A stretch of 64,000 nt of DNA from Candidatus Levyibacteriota bacterium (GTDB taxonomy: Bacteria > Patescibacteriota > Microgenomatia > Levybacterales > GWA1-39-11): positions 11,211 to 75,210 of the forward strand of contig JAGORM010000002.1 in assembly GCA_018062815.1 (NCBI GenBank), written 5' to 3'. Shown piece after piece: positions 55,225 to 64,000 of the stretch. Within the stretch, counting starts at the first letter, position 1. Each line of letters opens with the position of its first letter. The notes under the pieces are model-generated. The model was given only the letters and a program-made list of their open reading frames with translations. It ran no database searches and had not been told where the DNA came from. The position numbers and the translations under genes are program-made.

Positions 55225-55947
55225 ATGGAGGGTCGGTTGACTAAGAAGGAGCGTAGGGAGCAGAAAAGACTTGATATGACAGATAAAATGGAAGAAAAAC
55301 CTCAGAAAACAAAATTTATAATTATTTTTCTGGTTTGTATTTTGTTTCTGGGATTTGCCGTGTTTGCAATCTATTCAAGCAAGATGTCGCAAAGCAAAAG
55401 AGCAAGCACATCAGTTTCATTTTCACCATCAGGTTGGGTAACGGGAAATAAAAATTCATCAGTTACGGTAACAGAGTTTGGGGATTTTCAGTGTCCGGCA
55501 TGTTCTGCTTATGAGACTACTATGCGCAAAGTAAGAAGCGAATATGGCAATAAAGTAAAAATTGTCTTTAAGCACTTTCCGCTTAGGCAAGCACATCCAA
55601 ATGCGTTTCCTTCAGCAATTGCAGCCGAAGCAGCTGGAAAACAGGGGAAATTTTGGGAATTTCACGATTTATTATATGACAATCAAAACACATGGGCAAA
55701 TCTTCCGAATCCGACCCCGGAGTTTATAAAATATGCAGAAAAATTAAAATTAGATCCTGACTTATTTAAAAAAGAACTTGAAAATGGTGAGCATAGCCAG
55801 GTTATAACAGCTCAGGAAGACGAAGGTATAAAAATAGGAGTAAACGCAACGCCTACGGTATATGTAAATGGTATGTATATGGGGGTTCCAAGCTATGAGG
55901 ATTTAAAGAAAAAAATAGACGATGCACTTCTCGCCTCTAAAAAATGA
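55225..55947 (+). CDS. DsbA-like thiol:disulfide oxidoreductase, membrane anchored
   Basis: TM FIIIFLVCILFLGFAVFAIY; thioredoxin-fold CxxC FGDFQCPACSAYE; 240 aa. Confidence 0.75.
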   Translation: MEGRLTKKERREQKRLDMTDKMEEKPQKTKFIIIFLVCILFLGFAVFAIYSSKMSQSKRASTSVSFSPSGWVTGNKNSSVTVTEFGDFQCPACSAYETTMRKVRSEYGNKVKIVFKHFPLRQAHPNAFPSAIAAEAAGKQGKFWEFHDLLYDNQNTWANLPNPTPEFIKYAEKLKLDPDLFKKELENGEHSQVITAQEDEGIKIGVNATPTVYVNGMYMGVPSYEDLKKKIDDALLASKK

Positions 55948-55948
55948 T

Positions 55949-56506
55949 ATGGATACATCTTTTGCTCCGATCATATCTTTTTTTGCTCTCGGAACGCTCG
56001 CATTAAATATTGGTATTTTTTTAGGGATTGTTGTTCTTTTAGTTGAAAACTTGTCAAATAAGAAATCTATATTCACGCATGCCTCAGAATTTGTGCACAA
56101 AAACTCATTGCTGCTTGCGTTTTTGATAGCTACTATGGCAACACTTTCAAGTCTTTTCCTGTCAGAGATTGTGCTTTTTCCCCCCTGCAAATTGTGTTGG
56201 TATCAGCGTATTTTTATGTATCCTCAGGTAATTATTTTGGGTGTTGGATTATTATTAAATGATAAAATGGCTAAACTTTATGCACTTATTTTAAGCGTTA
56301 TAGGTTTAATGATTGCAGCTTATCATATTTTATTGCAGTTCTTTCCTGGAATTTTTCCTTGCACGGATGAGATAGCAAGCTGTGCTCTCAAGCAATTTGA
56401 CTATTTTGGATACATAACTATTCCTGTTATGTCTGCTTCTGCATTTGCCGCGATAATTGTTATATTAGTTTTTGGCTATCAAAAACACCGCAAGATTTCA
56501 TCTTGA
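55949..56506 (+). CDS. DsbB/BdbC-like disulfide bond formation membrane protein
   Basis: 4 TM; Cys pairs CKLCWYQR (loop 1) and FPCTDEIASC (loop 2). ATG one nt after the dsbA-like stop (track start 55922 overlaps upstream gene). Confidence 0.7.
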   Translation: MDTSFAPIISFFALGTLALNIGIFLGIVVLLVENLSNKKSIFTHASEFVHKNSLLLAFLIATMATLSSLFLSEIVLFPPCKLCWYQRIFMYPQVIILGVGLLLNDKMAKLYALILSVIGLMIAAYHILLQFFPGIFPCTDEIASCALKQFDYFGYITIPVMSASAFAAIIVILVFGYQKHRKISS

Positions 56507-56546
56507 GTAGAAAATCTACTATAATATACCTAGTATCTAAAATGCT

Positions 56547-57266
56547 ATGTCTAAGAAGCAAATTATTAAATTCCTCGTGCTGCGTACTTTAGGAAATTTT
56601 CTGGTTTTGTTTATGATCTTTGGATTTATTGCAACTTTTGGCCCTGCTCTTTTTTATGAAGTAAGATTCAGGATTGAAGAGGCAAGAGGAGTAAAGTATG
56701 AACTGCCAAATACTGAACCTTCCGAGCTTGCAAAAATAATTCAGAAAAGAAAAGCATTACAACAGCCAACCCAAAATTTACTTGGCTCAGTGCTTTCAGA
56801 TAAAAAAGTACAAATTTTAACACCGGTTGATACTAGTTTTTCTGTTGTAATTCCAAAAATTGGCGCAAATGAAAGGGTAACCCCCAATGTAAATCCTGCG
56901 GATGGAGGAGAGTACTTAGAAGTTTTAAAACACACAGTTGCTCATGCTCGCGGGACATCCCTTCCAGGATTAAACGGTACGACTTATCTTTTTGCGCATT
57001 CTGCTGATAATTTTTGGGATGTAGGGCGCTATAATGCAGTCTTTTACTTATTAAAAGACTTGCAGATAGGAGATGATATTTCCGTTTTCTTCAATGATAA
57101 ACGTTACAATTACACAGTATATGATAAAAAAATTGTAGATCCTAGTGAGGTGGGGTATTTGGCTGCAAATATTGGGCAAGGAGAACGCCTTATATTGCAA
57201 ACCTGTTGGCCGCCGGGCACAACGTGGAAGCGGTTACTTATCTTTGCTAAGCCTAAAAACACTTAA
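56547..57266 (+). CDS. Sortase-family transpeptidase
   Basis: N-terminal TM; active-site His region YLFAHSADNFW; catalytic Cys in the TLxTC-type motif LILQTCWPPGT. Confidence 0.7.
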   Translation: MSKKQIIKFLVLRTLGNFLVLFMIFGFIATFGPALFYEVRFRIEEARGVKYELPNTEPSELAKIIQKRKALQQPTQNLLGSVLSDKKVQILTPVDTSFSVVIPKIGANERVTPNVNPADGGEYLEVLKHTVAHARGTSLPGLNGTTYLFAHSADNFWDVGRYNAVFYLLKDLQIGDDISVFFNDKRYNYTVYDKKIVDPSEVGYLAANIGQGERLILQTCWPPGTTWKRLLIFAKPKNT

Positions 57267-57336
57267 TATTAACTGGATTAGGAAAATTCCTACCTCTTGT
57301 TATGACAAATGGTTTGATAACGAGTATAATTATTTT

Positions 57337-59559
57337 ATGAACAATTCAGGAGGAAATTCGCAGGATAAATTAGTTCATCTAATGGTTAGAAATCCTAAAG
57401 ATGATGAGACTCCAATTCAGGCTGCGACACAAATTTTTTCAGGAATTCTTCCTCATTCATTCATCCCGCTTTGGAAACGTATGTATGTTCATCCCTCAGT
57501 CTTTGCTTTTGAATTGTTTCTGATAAATCAGTCGGCATCTTTTTATGTTACCGCACCGCAAGAAAAAGAAACAGTTGTCTCAAGTCTTATTTCATCATCT
57601 TTTCCAAAATCTAATATTGCTAAAACTACTGACCCCATGGTGGAAGTTTTGAAGGCGAAGCATATTGTATATGGACAGATGGTTTTAGATTCCTATTCTT
57701 ATCTGCCTATAAAAACATATGCTGACTTTGAAGACGTAGATCCACTATCTGCGCTTTTAGGTTTTTTAGGCAAGCAAGATGAGAATACTCAAATGGCGGT
57801 TCAAATTTTAGTAACTCCTGCGCTTTTTGATTGGCAACATAAGGCAGTAGACATGGCTGGTCATATGGTTTTAGATGCGCCCGGAGCACCAAATGATCCA
57901 AATGAAAAAGCTCGTTATTCGCAAAATCCCCAAAAACTGCTCATGATGCAAAAAGCGTCTTTTGTAGGCGGTAAAGCAGTGGTACGTTTGGTGGTGGGCA
58001 GTGACAGCGCTGAGAAGGCAAAACACGAGCTGCATAACCTAGCGGGTATTTTTGGTACTTTTTCACAGGGGGAGGGTAATCAATTTGTTTTAAAACGCCC
58101 TAGAATTAGAAAGAAAGTGTTGCTCGCGAGGATAAAAGACAGAAAAACTGGAATTTTTGAACGTCGGAATCAAGTATTAAACGCACAGGAGTTGGCGACT
58201 TTATGGCATCCTCCTGGATTTCTTCTTTCAGGAATAAGAAATGTAGCATGGGGGAAGACACTTCTTGGGGAGCCTCCGGAGAATCTACCCGTTATAACTG
58301 GGATGACTGAAGATGAAAAACAAAAAGTAAACTTTTTTGCAAAGACAGAATATAAAAACAAAGATACAATATTCGGAATAAAAGATGCTGACAGGAGAAA
58401 ACACATCTATGCAATTGGTAAAACCGGTGCGGGTAAATCTACACTAATTGCAAATATGGCTATTGATGATATTCGGAAGGGAAGAGGTGTTGGGATAATA
58501 GATCCTCATGGTGACTTGTCAGAAACAATTTTGGATTATATTCCAAAAAGACGTTTGAATGATGTTGTATATCTGGAACCGTTTGATGTAGAGAGGCCCT
58601 TCTCATTAAATGTGCTTGAAGTCCACAATAGACAGCATAAAGATTTGATTGCATCAGGAATTGTATCTATTTTCCATAAGATTTATGGAGATAGCTGGGG
58701 TCCTCGATTGGAATATATACTGAGGAATGTTATCTTAACACTTTTGGATATAGAGGAGGGAACACTTATAGATGCATTGAGGTTATTGTCAGATAATTCA
58801 TTTAGGGCAAGTGTAGTTCCCCGTCTGAGTGATCCTGTTCTAAGAAATTTTTGGGTAGGTGAATTTGATAAAATGTCTGATAAATTAAGGGCAGAGGCAG
58901 TGTCTCCTATTCAGAATAAGATTGGGCAATTTGTCTCAAGCAGCATGATAAGAAATATCATTGGGAACAAAACGTCAAGCATTAATCTTTCAGAAATTAT
59001 GGATGAGGGGAAAATACTCATTCTAAATTTATCTCAAGGGAAATTGGGAGAAGACAATGCAGCTTTACTGGGCGCTATGATAATTACACAAATCCAACTT
59101 GCCGCAATGAATAGGTCATATGTTAAGGAAGAAGATAGACGGGATTTTTTCCTCTATGTTGATGAGTTTCAAAATTTTGCCACAGAGTCTTTTGCAAAAA
59201 TTTTATCAGAGGCAAGGAAATATAGACTTTCATTAACTCTTGCAAACCAATATGGTGACCAATTGGAAGAGGAAATACAGAGGGCAATTTTTGGTAACGC
59301 AGGAAGTATCATATCATTTGTAGTAGGAGCAAGAGATGCATATATGTTAACTCGGGAATTTGCCGAAGTATATTCTGAAAATGATTTAGTATCCCTTGGG
59401 AAATTTGAAACAGTAGTGAAGTTGTCTATTGACGGAATGACATCCGGGCCATTTCCGGCAGTGACATTACCGCTACCAAGTTTGAAGAATGATAATAGAG
59501 AGGATATTATAAGAAATAGCCGTGAACGTTATGGTAGAAAGCCTTCAAAAAACTTTTAA
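57337..59559 (+). CDS. HerA/VirB4-superfamily (DUF87/AAA_10-like) P-loop ATPase
   Basis: ~360-aa N-terminal domain, Walker A AIGKTGAGKSTL followed by GIIDPHGD (HerA/DUF87-like DPHGEY signature), Walker B FLYVDEFQNF, then ARKYRLSLTLANQ (RK/Q sensor region typical of the FtsK-HerA-VirB4 clade). Start set at MNNSGGNS (ATG 57337); the track start 57145 overlaps the sortase gene. Confidence 0.7.
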   Translation: MNNSGGNSQDKLVHLMVRNPKDDETPIQAATQIFSGILPHSFIPLWKRMYVHPSVFAFELFLINQSASFYVTAPQEKETVVSSLISSSFPKSNIAKTTDPMVEVLKAKHIVYGQMVLDSYSYLPIKTYADFEDVDPLSALLGFLGKQDENTQMAVQILVTPALFDWQHKAVDMAGHMVLDAPGAPNDPNEKARYSQNPQKLLMMQKASFVGGKAVVRLVVGSDSAEKAKHELHNLAGIFGTFSQGEGNQFVLKRPRIRKKVLLARIKDRKTGIFERRNQVLNAQELATLWHPPGFLLSGIRNVAWGKTLLGEPPENLPVITGMTEDEKQKVNFFAKTEYKNKDTIFGIKDADRRKHIYAIGKTGAGKSTLIANMAIDDIRKGRGVGIIDPHGDLSETILDYIPKRRLNDVVYLEPFDVERPFSLNVLEVHNRQHKDLIASGIVSIFHKIYGDSWGPRLEYILRNVILTLLDIEEGTLIDALRLLSDNSFRASVVPRLSDPVLRNFWVGEFDKMSDKLRAEAVSPIQNKIGQFVSSSMIRNIIGNKTSSINLSEIMDEGKILILNLSQGKLGEDNAALLGAMIITQIQLAAMNRSYVKEEDRRDFFLYVDEFQNFATESFAKILSEARKYRLSLTLANQYGDQLEEEIQRAIFGNAGSIISFVVGARDAYMLTREFAEVYSENDLVSLGKFETVVKLSIDGMTSGPFPAVTLPLPSLKNDNREDIIRNSRERYGRKPSKNF

Positions 59560-59598
59560 ACCTGTGCTTTCTAATTTTAGCCTTAACCTTTTGTTATA

Positions 59599-60375
59599 GT
59601 GTATAATGCCAATATGGTGAAACACCTTATTCCATTGTTGTGTGTAATGCTTCTATGTATTCTTTTTGTTGTTTTTTCATCTACCATTTCAAAACCCATA
59701 GATTTTTTAGTTAATACTTTGTCTTTTCCGCGTATGGTACTGCATAGTTCAGTATATGCTCAGGGTAAGCTGACAAGAGAAGACACTCTACTAATTGAAA
59801 ATAAAAAGTTGAGTGAAGAGTTGGTAAAAATGGAGTCATTAAAAAAGGATAATGATGCGCTTCGTTCACAATTCCAAGAAACCACCTATCTCTCAACAAA
59901 TCTGCTTCCCGCAAAAGTTGTAGGTTTCACTGGGGCATTGAATAATCCAAACGCGCTTATTTTGGATCAGGGAGAAAAAAATCATGTAAAGTCTGGGATG
60001 GCAGTTATAGTTGGCGTAAATTTAGTTGGTAAAATTGGAAAAACTACAAGTTGGAGTTCGGAATTGATCTTGCCCGTGAGTAAAAAATTTTCCACTCTGG
60101 GAGTTTCCGCATCACACAATAGCCCTGGAATTGTAAAGGGTGAAGAAGACTTTATAATGTTTGAGAATGTTGTTATCACAGATTCTATATCAAAAAACGA
60201 AATGGTAATAACAAAAGGGGAGAAAAGTTTAGGCGGTATAGGTATTCCACCGGATTTAATAATAGGAAAGATCATGCTTGTAAATAAATCGGAAACACAA
60301 CCATTTCAGAACGCACAAATAAAAAGCTTAATAGATTTTAAAAAATTAACAACAGTTTTTATAATTACAAAGTAG
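59599..60375 (+). CDS. mreC: Rod shape-determining protein MreC
   Basis: N-terminal TM, coiled-coil (LIENKKLSEELVKMESLKKDNDALRSQF), beta-domain GMAVIVGVNLVGKIGKTT and C-terminal SLGGIGIPPDLIIGKI, matching the MreC pattern. Confidence 0.7.
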   Translation: MYNANMVKHLIPLLCVMLLCILFVVFSSTISKPIDFLVNTLSFPRMVLHSSVYAQGKLTREDTLLIENKKLSEELVKMESLKKDNDALRSQFQETTYLSTNLLPAKVVGFTGALNNPNALILDQGEKNHVKSGMAVIVGVNLVGKIGKTTSWSSELILPVSKKFSTLGVSASHNSPGIVKGEEDFIMFENVVITDSISKNEMVITKGEKSLGGIGIPPDLIIGKIMLVNKSETQPFQNAQIKSLIDFKKLTTVFIITK

Positions 60376-60379
60376 CAGT

Positions 60380-60817
60380 ATGATTTTCCAAATATTATTT
60401 ATTTTTCTTCTTACAGTTGCATTATTGGTAGAAATTTCAATAATTCCTTTCCCTTTTGTTTTTATGTTTTCCGTATTGTATTTTTTCTATTCAAGAAAGT
60501 TAATTACTATTTTTATAATTTTATTTTTTTCAATGTTATTGGATAGGGCACAATTACATACACTAGGTGTAAGTTCTTTTTTCTTTTTCTTTTTCTTTTG
60601 TATTGTTACAGTACTAGAGAAATCGTTTTCTATCAAGGCGACTTCTTTATTTGCAGCATTTGCGGTACTAATAAGTGTTGAGATTTATAGAAATTATGTA
60701 GGCTATCCTTTTTTGCCGGCTTTTGAAGTACTGCTAATTCTATTTCTTGTAGCACTTATCATGCTTGAACGTTTCATTAATAAGAAAGAGGGGTCGTTAT
60801 ATGACAAAGAAATATAA
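60380..60817 (+). CDS. mreD: Rod shape-determining protein MreD (polytopic membrane protein)
   Basis: 145 aa, 4-5 TM helices, positioned between mreC and the PBP2 gene. Confidence 0.55.
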   Translation: MIFQILFIFLLTVALLVEISIIPFPFVFMFSVLYFFYSRKLITIFIILFFSMLLDRAQLHTLGVSSFFFFFFFCIVTVLEKSFSIKATSLFAAFAVLISVEIYRNYVGYPFLPAFEVLLILFLVALIMLERFINKKEGSLYDKEI

Positions 60818-62588
60818 AACTGGAATAGCTTTTTCTGATTTTGTAACACAAGAGCGGTCTATGTTTTCCTCAGGGAAAAAGACTTCTTCTGTTTTTCACC
60901 CTTCGGAGTTGTTGCTAATGATACCTGCATTTTTACTAATTTGCCTTTTTCTGATCCTTTTTTTAAGGCTTTTTTACGTTCAGGTAGTGCAAGGGGCTTA
61001 TTATTCAAGCCTATCCGATCAAAATAGAACGAGAACAATAACTATACCAGCAGCAAGAGGCATAATTTTTGATAGGTTTAACCGTCCTCTTGTTCGGAAT
61101 GTTCCCATATTTGAGATATTTGAAAACAAAAAAGCAAAATTAATCGAAAAAGATCAAGCCTTACAATTAATAAGTCAGGGAAAAGACGTGAAGGATACAA
61201 TTACGCGCGAATATTTATACAGTAGTAATTTTGCAAACATTTTAGGATACACTGGGCAGATTTCTGAAGAAGAACTTAATAGCGCAGAATATAAGAATTA
61301 CGTCATAACAGATTTTGTAGGTAAAATGGGACTTGAAGATGAATATGAAAAAATTCTTCATGGTGAAAATGGGCGCGAGTTGTATGAAGTAAATGCAGCA
61401 GGTGAAAAAAGTAGATTTCTTGGGAGACAGGAGCCTATTTCAGGAGGAAATATTACGTCTACGTTGGATATAGATATTCAGTTGGCAGCTGCAAACGCGA
61501 TGAAAAGTGTTAGTAAAGGCGCGGTTGTTGTATCAAGTCCCAAAGATGGTGGAATATTAGCTATGTATACAAAGCCTACATTTGACAGTAATATATTTAC
61601 TCATTCAAAAGAATATCAAGCAGAAGGGGATTATAAGGATGTAATGTCCATTCTTTCAGATACTGAGAATCAACCATTATTAGACAGGGCAATTGGAGGA
61701 GTATATCCTCCTGGTTCAACGTTTAAACTTGTTACTGCTGTCGCAGCTCTGTCATCAGGCGCCATAAAAGCAGACACAAAAATTGAGGATACAGGGGTTT
61801 TAAAAGTTGGGAGTTTTTCTTTTGGAAATTGGTATTTCTTGCAGCACGGAAGAAAGGATGGGTTTGTAGATGTAGTTGCCGCTATAAAACGTTCAAATGA
61901 CATATTTTTCTACAAAGCAGCGGATGAAACAGGAGTTGATACGCTTAGTCGTTGGGCAATGCAGTTTGGATTAGGAAATCCCCTGGGAATAGATCTTCCG
62001 GGTGAAGTAGCCGGTACGGTTCCGACTCGTGAATGGAAAGATAGAGTTATCTCCGAGCAGTGGTATTTAGGGGATACCTTTAATTACGGCATAGGACAGG
62101 GATACTTATTGACAACTCCATTACAGATTAACTTTATGACTACAGTTTTTGCAAATGGGGGAGTCTTGTATAAGCCGCATATAATACAAGGAACAGAAAA
62201 AAAATTACGGGAAAATTTGGTAAAAAAAGAATATCTTAATTTAGTATTGCAGGGAATGAAAGAGAGTTGTGAGGAGGGTGGAGTAGCCTGGCCATTTTTT
62301 GATTTTAAGGTTAAAAATGATACGTTGAAAATAGATAATACAAATTATGTACAGGATGCATCAGGGAGCAGTAAAATGGTGCGGGTTAAAGTGGGGTGTA
62401 AGACAGGTACTGCGGAAACTGGAGGAAAAGAAACAAAGCCGCATGCCTGGATTACGGTGATTGCCCCCTTCTATAATCCGGAAGTGGTAGTGACTGTTTT
62501 AGTAGAAAATGGAGGGGAGGGGTCTAGTGTTGCGGGACCAGTTGCTCGTGATATTTTAAAAGTATATTTTGAGAAGAAAAAGAATTAA
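60801..62588 (+). CDS. mrdA: Penicillin-binding protein 2 (peptidoglycan D,D-transpeptidase MrdA)
   Basis: N-terminal anchor plus dimerisation-domain pattern RLFYVQVVQGAYYSSLSDQNRTRTITIPAARGIIFDRFNRPL; transpeptidase SxxK (STFKL), SxN (SND), KTG (KTGTA). Start at MTKKYKTG (track start 60765). Confidence 0.85.
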   Translation: MTKKYKTGIAFSDFVTQERSMFSSGKKTSSVFHPSELLLMIPAFLLICLFLILFLRLFYVQVVQGAYYSSLSDQNRTRTITIPAARGIIFDRFNRPLVRNVPIFEIFENKKAKLIEKDQALQLISQGKDVKDTITREYLYSSNFANILGYTGQISEEELNSAEYKNYVITDFVGKMGLEDEYEKILHGENGRELYEVNAAGEKSRFLGRQEPISGGNITSTLDIDIQLAAANAMKSVSKGAVVVSSPKDGGILAMYTKPTFDSNIFTHSKEYQAEGDYKDVMSILSDTENQPLLDRAIGGVYPPGSTFKLVTAVAALSSGAIKADTKIEDTGVLKVGSFSFGNWYFLQHGRKDGFVDVVAAIKRSNDIFFYKAADETGVDTLSRWAMQFGLGNPLGIDLPGEVAGTVPTREWKDRVISEQWYLGDTFNYGIGQGYLLTTPLQINFMTTVFANGGVLYKPHIIQGTEKKLRENLVKKEYLNLVLQGMKESCEEGGVAWPFFDFKVKNDTLKIDNTNYVQDASGSSKMVRVKVGCKTGTAETGGKETKPHAWITVIAPFYNPEVVVTVLVENGGEGSSVAGPVARDILKVYFEKKKN

Positions 62589-62627
62589 TATTTTACTAAA
62601 ACAGATATCTATTATCCCCATCCGTAT

Positions 62628-63290
62628 TTAATTTTTAAATTTGAAACTTGAGAGGATATCCTCTAATTCTTTACCTTTATTATTCCTCCCAATAAATACA
62701 AAGTAGTATATTTTTCCTTTATGTACTGTATAGGCGACTGATATATGTCCGGAAATGCCTGTTGCAGTACCAGTAGTATTTGCGCTATAAAGTAAGCCTT
62801 TTTGTCCTCCCAGTATTATTTCTTTTTTTATTACACCCGCAGAAGGGGCAAACTCTAATTCTGCTGGTCCTCCTTGTTTATCTATTATTTCTTGGAATGC
62901 TTTTAAATCAGGAATTTCTTCATATCTTCGTACGCTAACTGTTAATTCTTCTCCGCTTAATACCTGAGAAGATGAATCGGTAGATCTTTCATTGGGTACT
63001 GAGAGTCTATAGTCAGGCGATCTGAGTTGAAAGTTTGCAATAATATTTTCCTGCAAAGTTGTGTTTACTGGGATGTATGTTAGGTTTTTGGGGTAGGAAA
63101 AGGAAAAATTTGATGATGAGTTATAAGTTTTCCAGTTTTCTTTTTTGGGATTAAGTATTTCATTGGTGGAGTTATTGCCTGTTTTATTAAAGACAAAAAT
63201 TACAAATAAAATCACAGCCAAAAAAATAAGACAGAACAAGCTTATATAAATTACTTTGTGTGATATTTGCATGTTTTTATTGTAGCACAT
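62628..63290 (-). CDS. Secreted/anchored small protein, paralog family member 4
   Basis: TM anchor IYISLFCLIFLAVILFVIFVF; ENWKTYNSSSNFSFSYPKNL motif (compare NWKTYNGANYTFMYPADW in member 2); C-terminus ILSSFKFKN. Confidence 0.65.
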   Translation of the reverse strand: MCYNKNMQISHKVIYISLFCLIFLAVILFVIFVFNKTGNNSTNEILNPKKENWKTYNSSSNFSFSYPKNLTYIPVNTTLQENIIANFQLRSPDYRLSVPNERSTDSSSQVLSGEELTVSVRRYEEIPDLKAFQEIIDKQGGPAELEFAPSAGVIKKEIILGGQKGLLYSANTTGTATGISGHISVAYTVHKGKIYYFVFIGRNNKGKELEDILSSFKFKN

Positions 63291-63384
63291 GCTTTAAGGG
63301 CAAAGTTATTTCTTATCTATTTTTTTGATTTTTTGTGCAAGGCAATTGAAAAAGAATTCATAAAAAGGTAATAATTAAAATACA

Positions 63385-64000
63385 ATGAGTGAATCACAGG
63401 CAGCATTTGCAATATCTCTTTGTGATGGGATAGGACCTAAGACATTTTATAAATTAATAAAATATTTTGGGTCGGCTGATAAGATATGGGAAAATTTAAA
63501 TTCCTTTAACTATAAAAATGTTGGAATGGGAAAAAGTGTTTTTCAGAAATTTGAAAGTCATAAAAACTCCTTTGATCTACCTTTTTATCTTAATAAATTA
63601 GAAAAAGCAAAGGTTGTTGTTGTGGCAATTACAGATGTCTCTTATCCCGATTCTCTAAAAAAGCTCGAGGCTCCGCCAATTGTTCTCTATTGTAAGGGGA
63701 ATTTGGATCTTTTAAATACAGCATCAGCGTTGGGAGTTGTAGGCGCTCGTAAGATCACATCATATGGGAAAGAGGTGACTCAGAAAATAGTTTCTGAATT
63801 GGTTGCACAAGACATTGTAATAGTATCAGGACTGGCGTTTGGGGTAGATGCTGTTTCGCATGTTACAACACTTTCAGAAATGGGAAAGACCATTGCGGTT
63901 CTGGGGTGTGGAGTTGACTGTTGTACTCCTTTGGAGAATCAAGGAGTCTATGAGGAGATTTTAGATAAAGAAGGTTTAATTCTCTCAGAGTATTTTTTGG
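63385..64000 (+). CDS. dprA: DNA processing protein DprA (Smf), 3' end truncated by window edge
   Basis: MSESQAAFAISLCDGIGPKTFYKLIKYFG; Rossmann-like core LGVVGARKITSYGKEVTQKIVSELVAQDIVIVSGLAFGVDAVSH. The ORF runs off the window end, so it is not in the track. Confidence 0.8.
   Translation, partial: MSESQAAFAISLCDGIGPKTFYKLIKYFGSADKIWENLNSFNYKNVGMGKSVFQKFESHKNSFDLPFYLNKLEKAKVVVVAITDVSYPDSLKKLEAPPIVLYCKGNLDLLNTASALGVVGARKITSYGKEVTQKIVSELVAQDIVIVSGLAFGVDAVSHVTTLSEMGKTIAVLGCGVDCCTPLENQGVYEEILDKEGLILSEYFL

Noticed and set aside
57145-57336. 5' extension of the ATPase ORF (track start 57145)
   Set aside because: Would overlap the sortase gene's last 120 nt in another frame; the conserved ATPase sequence begins after ATG 57337.
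60380-60817. Doubt over whether the small polytopic ORF is truly MreD
   Set aside because: Not rejected outright: no sequence motif is diagnostic for MreD. It is called MreD only from its position (between mreC and PBP2), size and 4-5 TM topology, so confidence is moderate.

Overview
The window is AT-rich (roughly mid-30s % GC by eye) and densely packed with short genes. I infer it comes from a small-genome, monoderm-like bacterium, possibly CPR/Patescibacteria-like; this is inference only.

Securely recognisable content (calls from my own reading of the ORF track, no searches run):
- Translation and information processing: a secE-nusG-rplK-rplA block (minus strand, 39992-42075), rpmG (a 59-aa L33 gene I found that is absent from the ORF track, 6462-6641), era, bipA/typA, argS, galU, ndk, truB, rnhB, dprA (3' partial).
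- Five tRNAs: Tyr-GTA, Thr-GGT, Trp-CCA, Pro-CGG, Arg-CCT. None has a 3' CCA encoded directly after the discriminator base.
- Envelope genes: a DsbA-like/DsbB-like pair, a sortase, mreC-mreD-mrdA (PBP2), a PAP2 phosphatase, a GT39/ArnT-like glycosyltransferase, a LytR_C-domain protein.
- A MacB/FtsX-type ABC exporter next to a large FN3-repeat surface protein; an M16 peptidase; HAD-Cof, GalT-like and DUF62 enzymes; an EEP-family nuclease.

Most unusual items, several of which could be the sought undescribed system but none of which I can single out:
1. A REP-associated tyrosine transposase (RAYT) flanked by mirror-image REP hairpins TGAGGT-CGA-ACCTCA / TGAGGT-TCG-ACCTCA (30884-31650).
2. An ATP-grasp enzyme paired with a RelA/SpoT-like nucleotidyltransferase, immediately downstream of tRNA-Trp (21473-23080).
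3. A family of four paralogous, N-terminally anchored secreted proteins, three in tandem and one 41 kb away, sharing an FSFxYPxxW motif and a ...SSFKF C-terminus.
4. A 553-aa protein with an HTH, two degenerate LAGLIDADG-like motifs and a long coiled coil, with a small partner gene (6752-9049).
5. A HerA/VirB4-superfamily ATPase between the sortase and mreC (57337-59559).
6. A 7 x ~37-aa tandem-repeat protein (52925-54214).
7. A bacterial RRM/RGG RNA-binding protein with a long structured leader (31777-32309).
8. Ribosomal protein L1 with a ~90-aa lysine/glutamate-rich N-terminal extension.
9. A repeat-rich spacer upstream of tRNA-Trp (23081-23250).

All coordinates are 1-based; functional calls rest on motifs I can read in the translations and would need HMM/BLAST confirmation.
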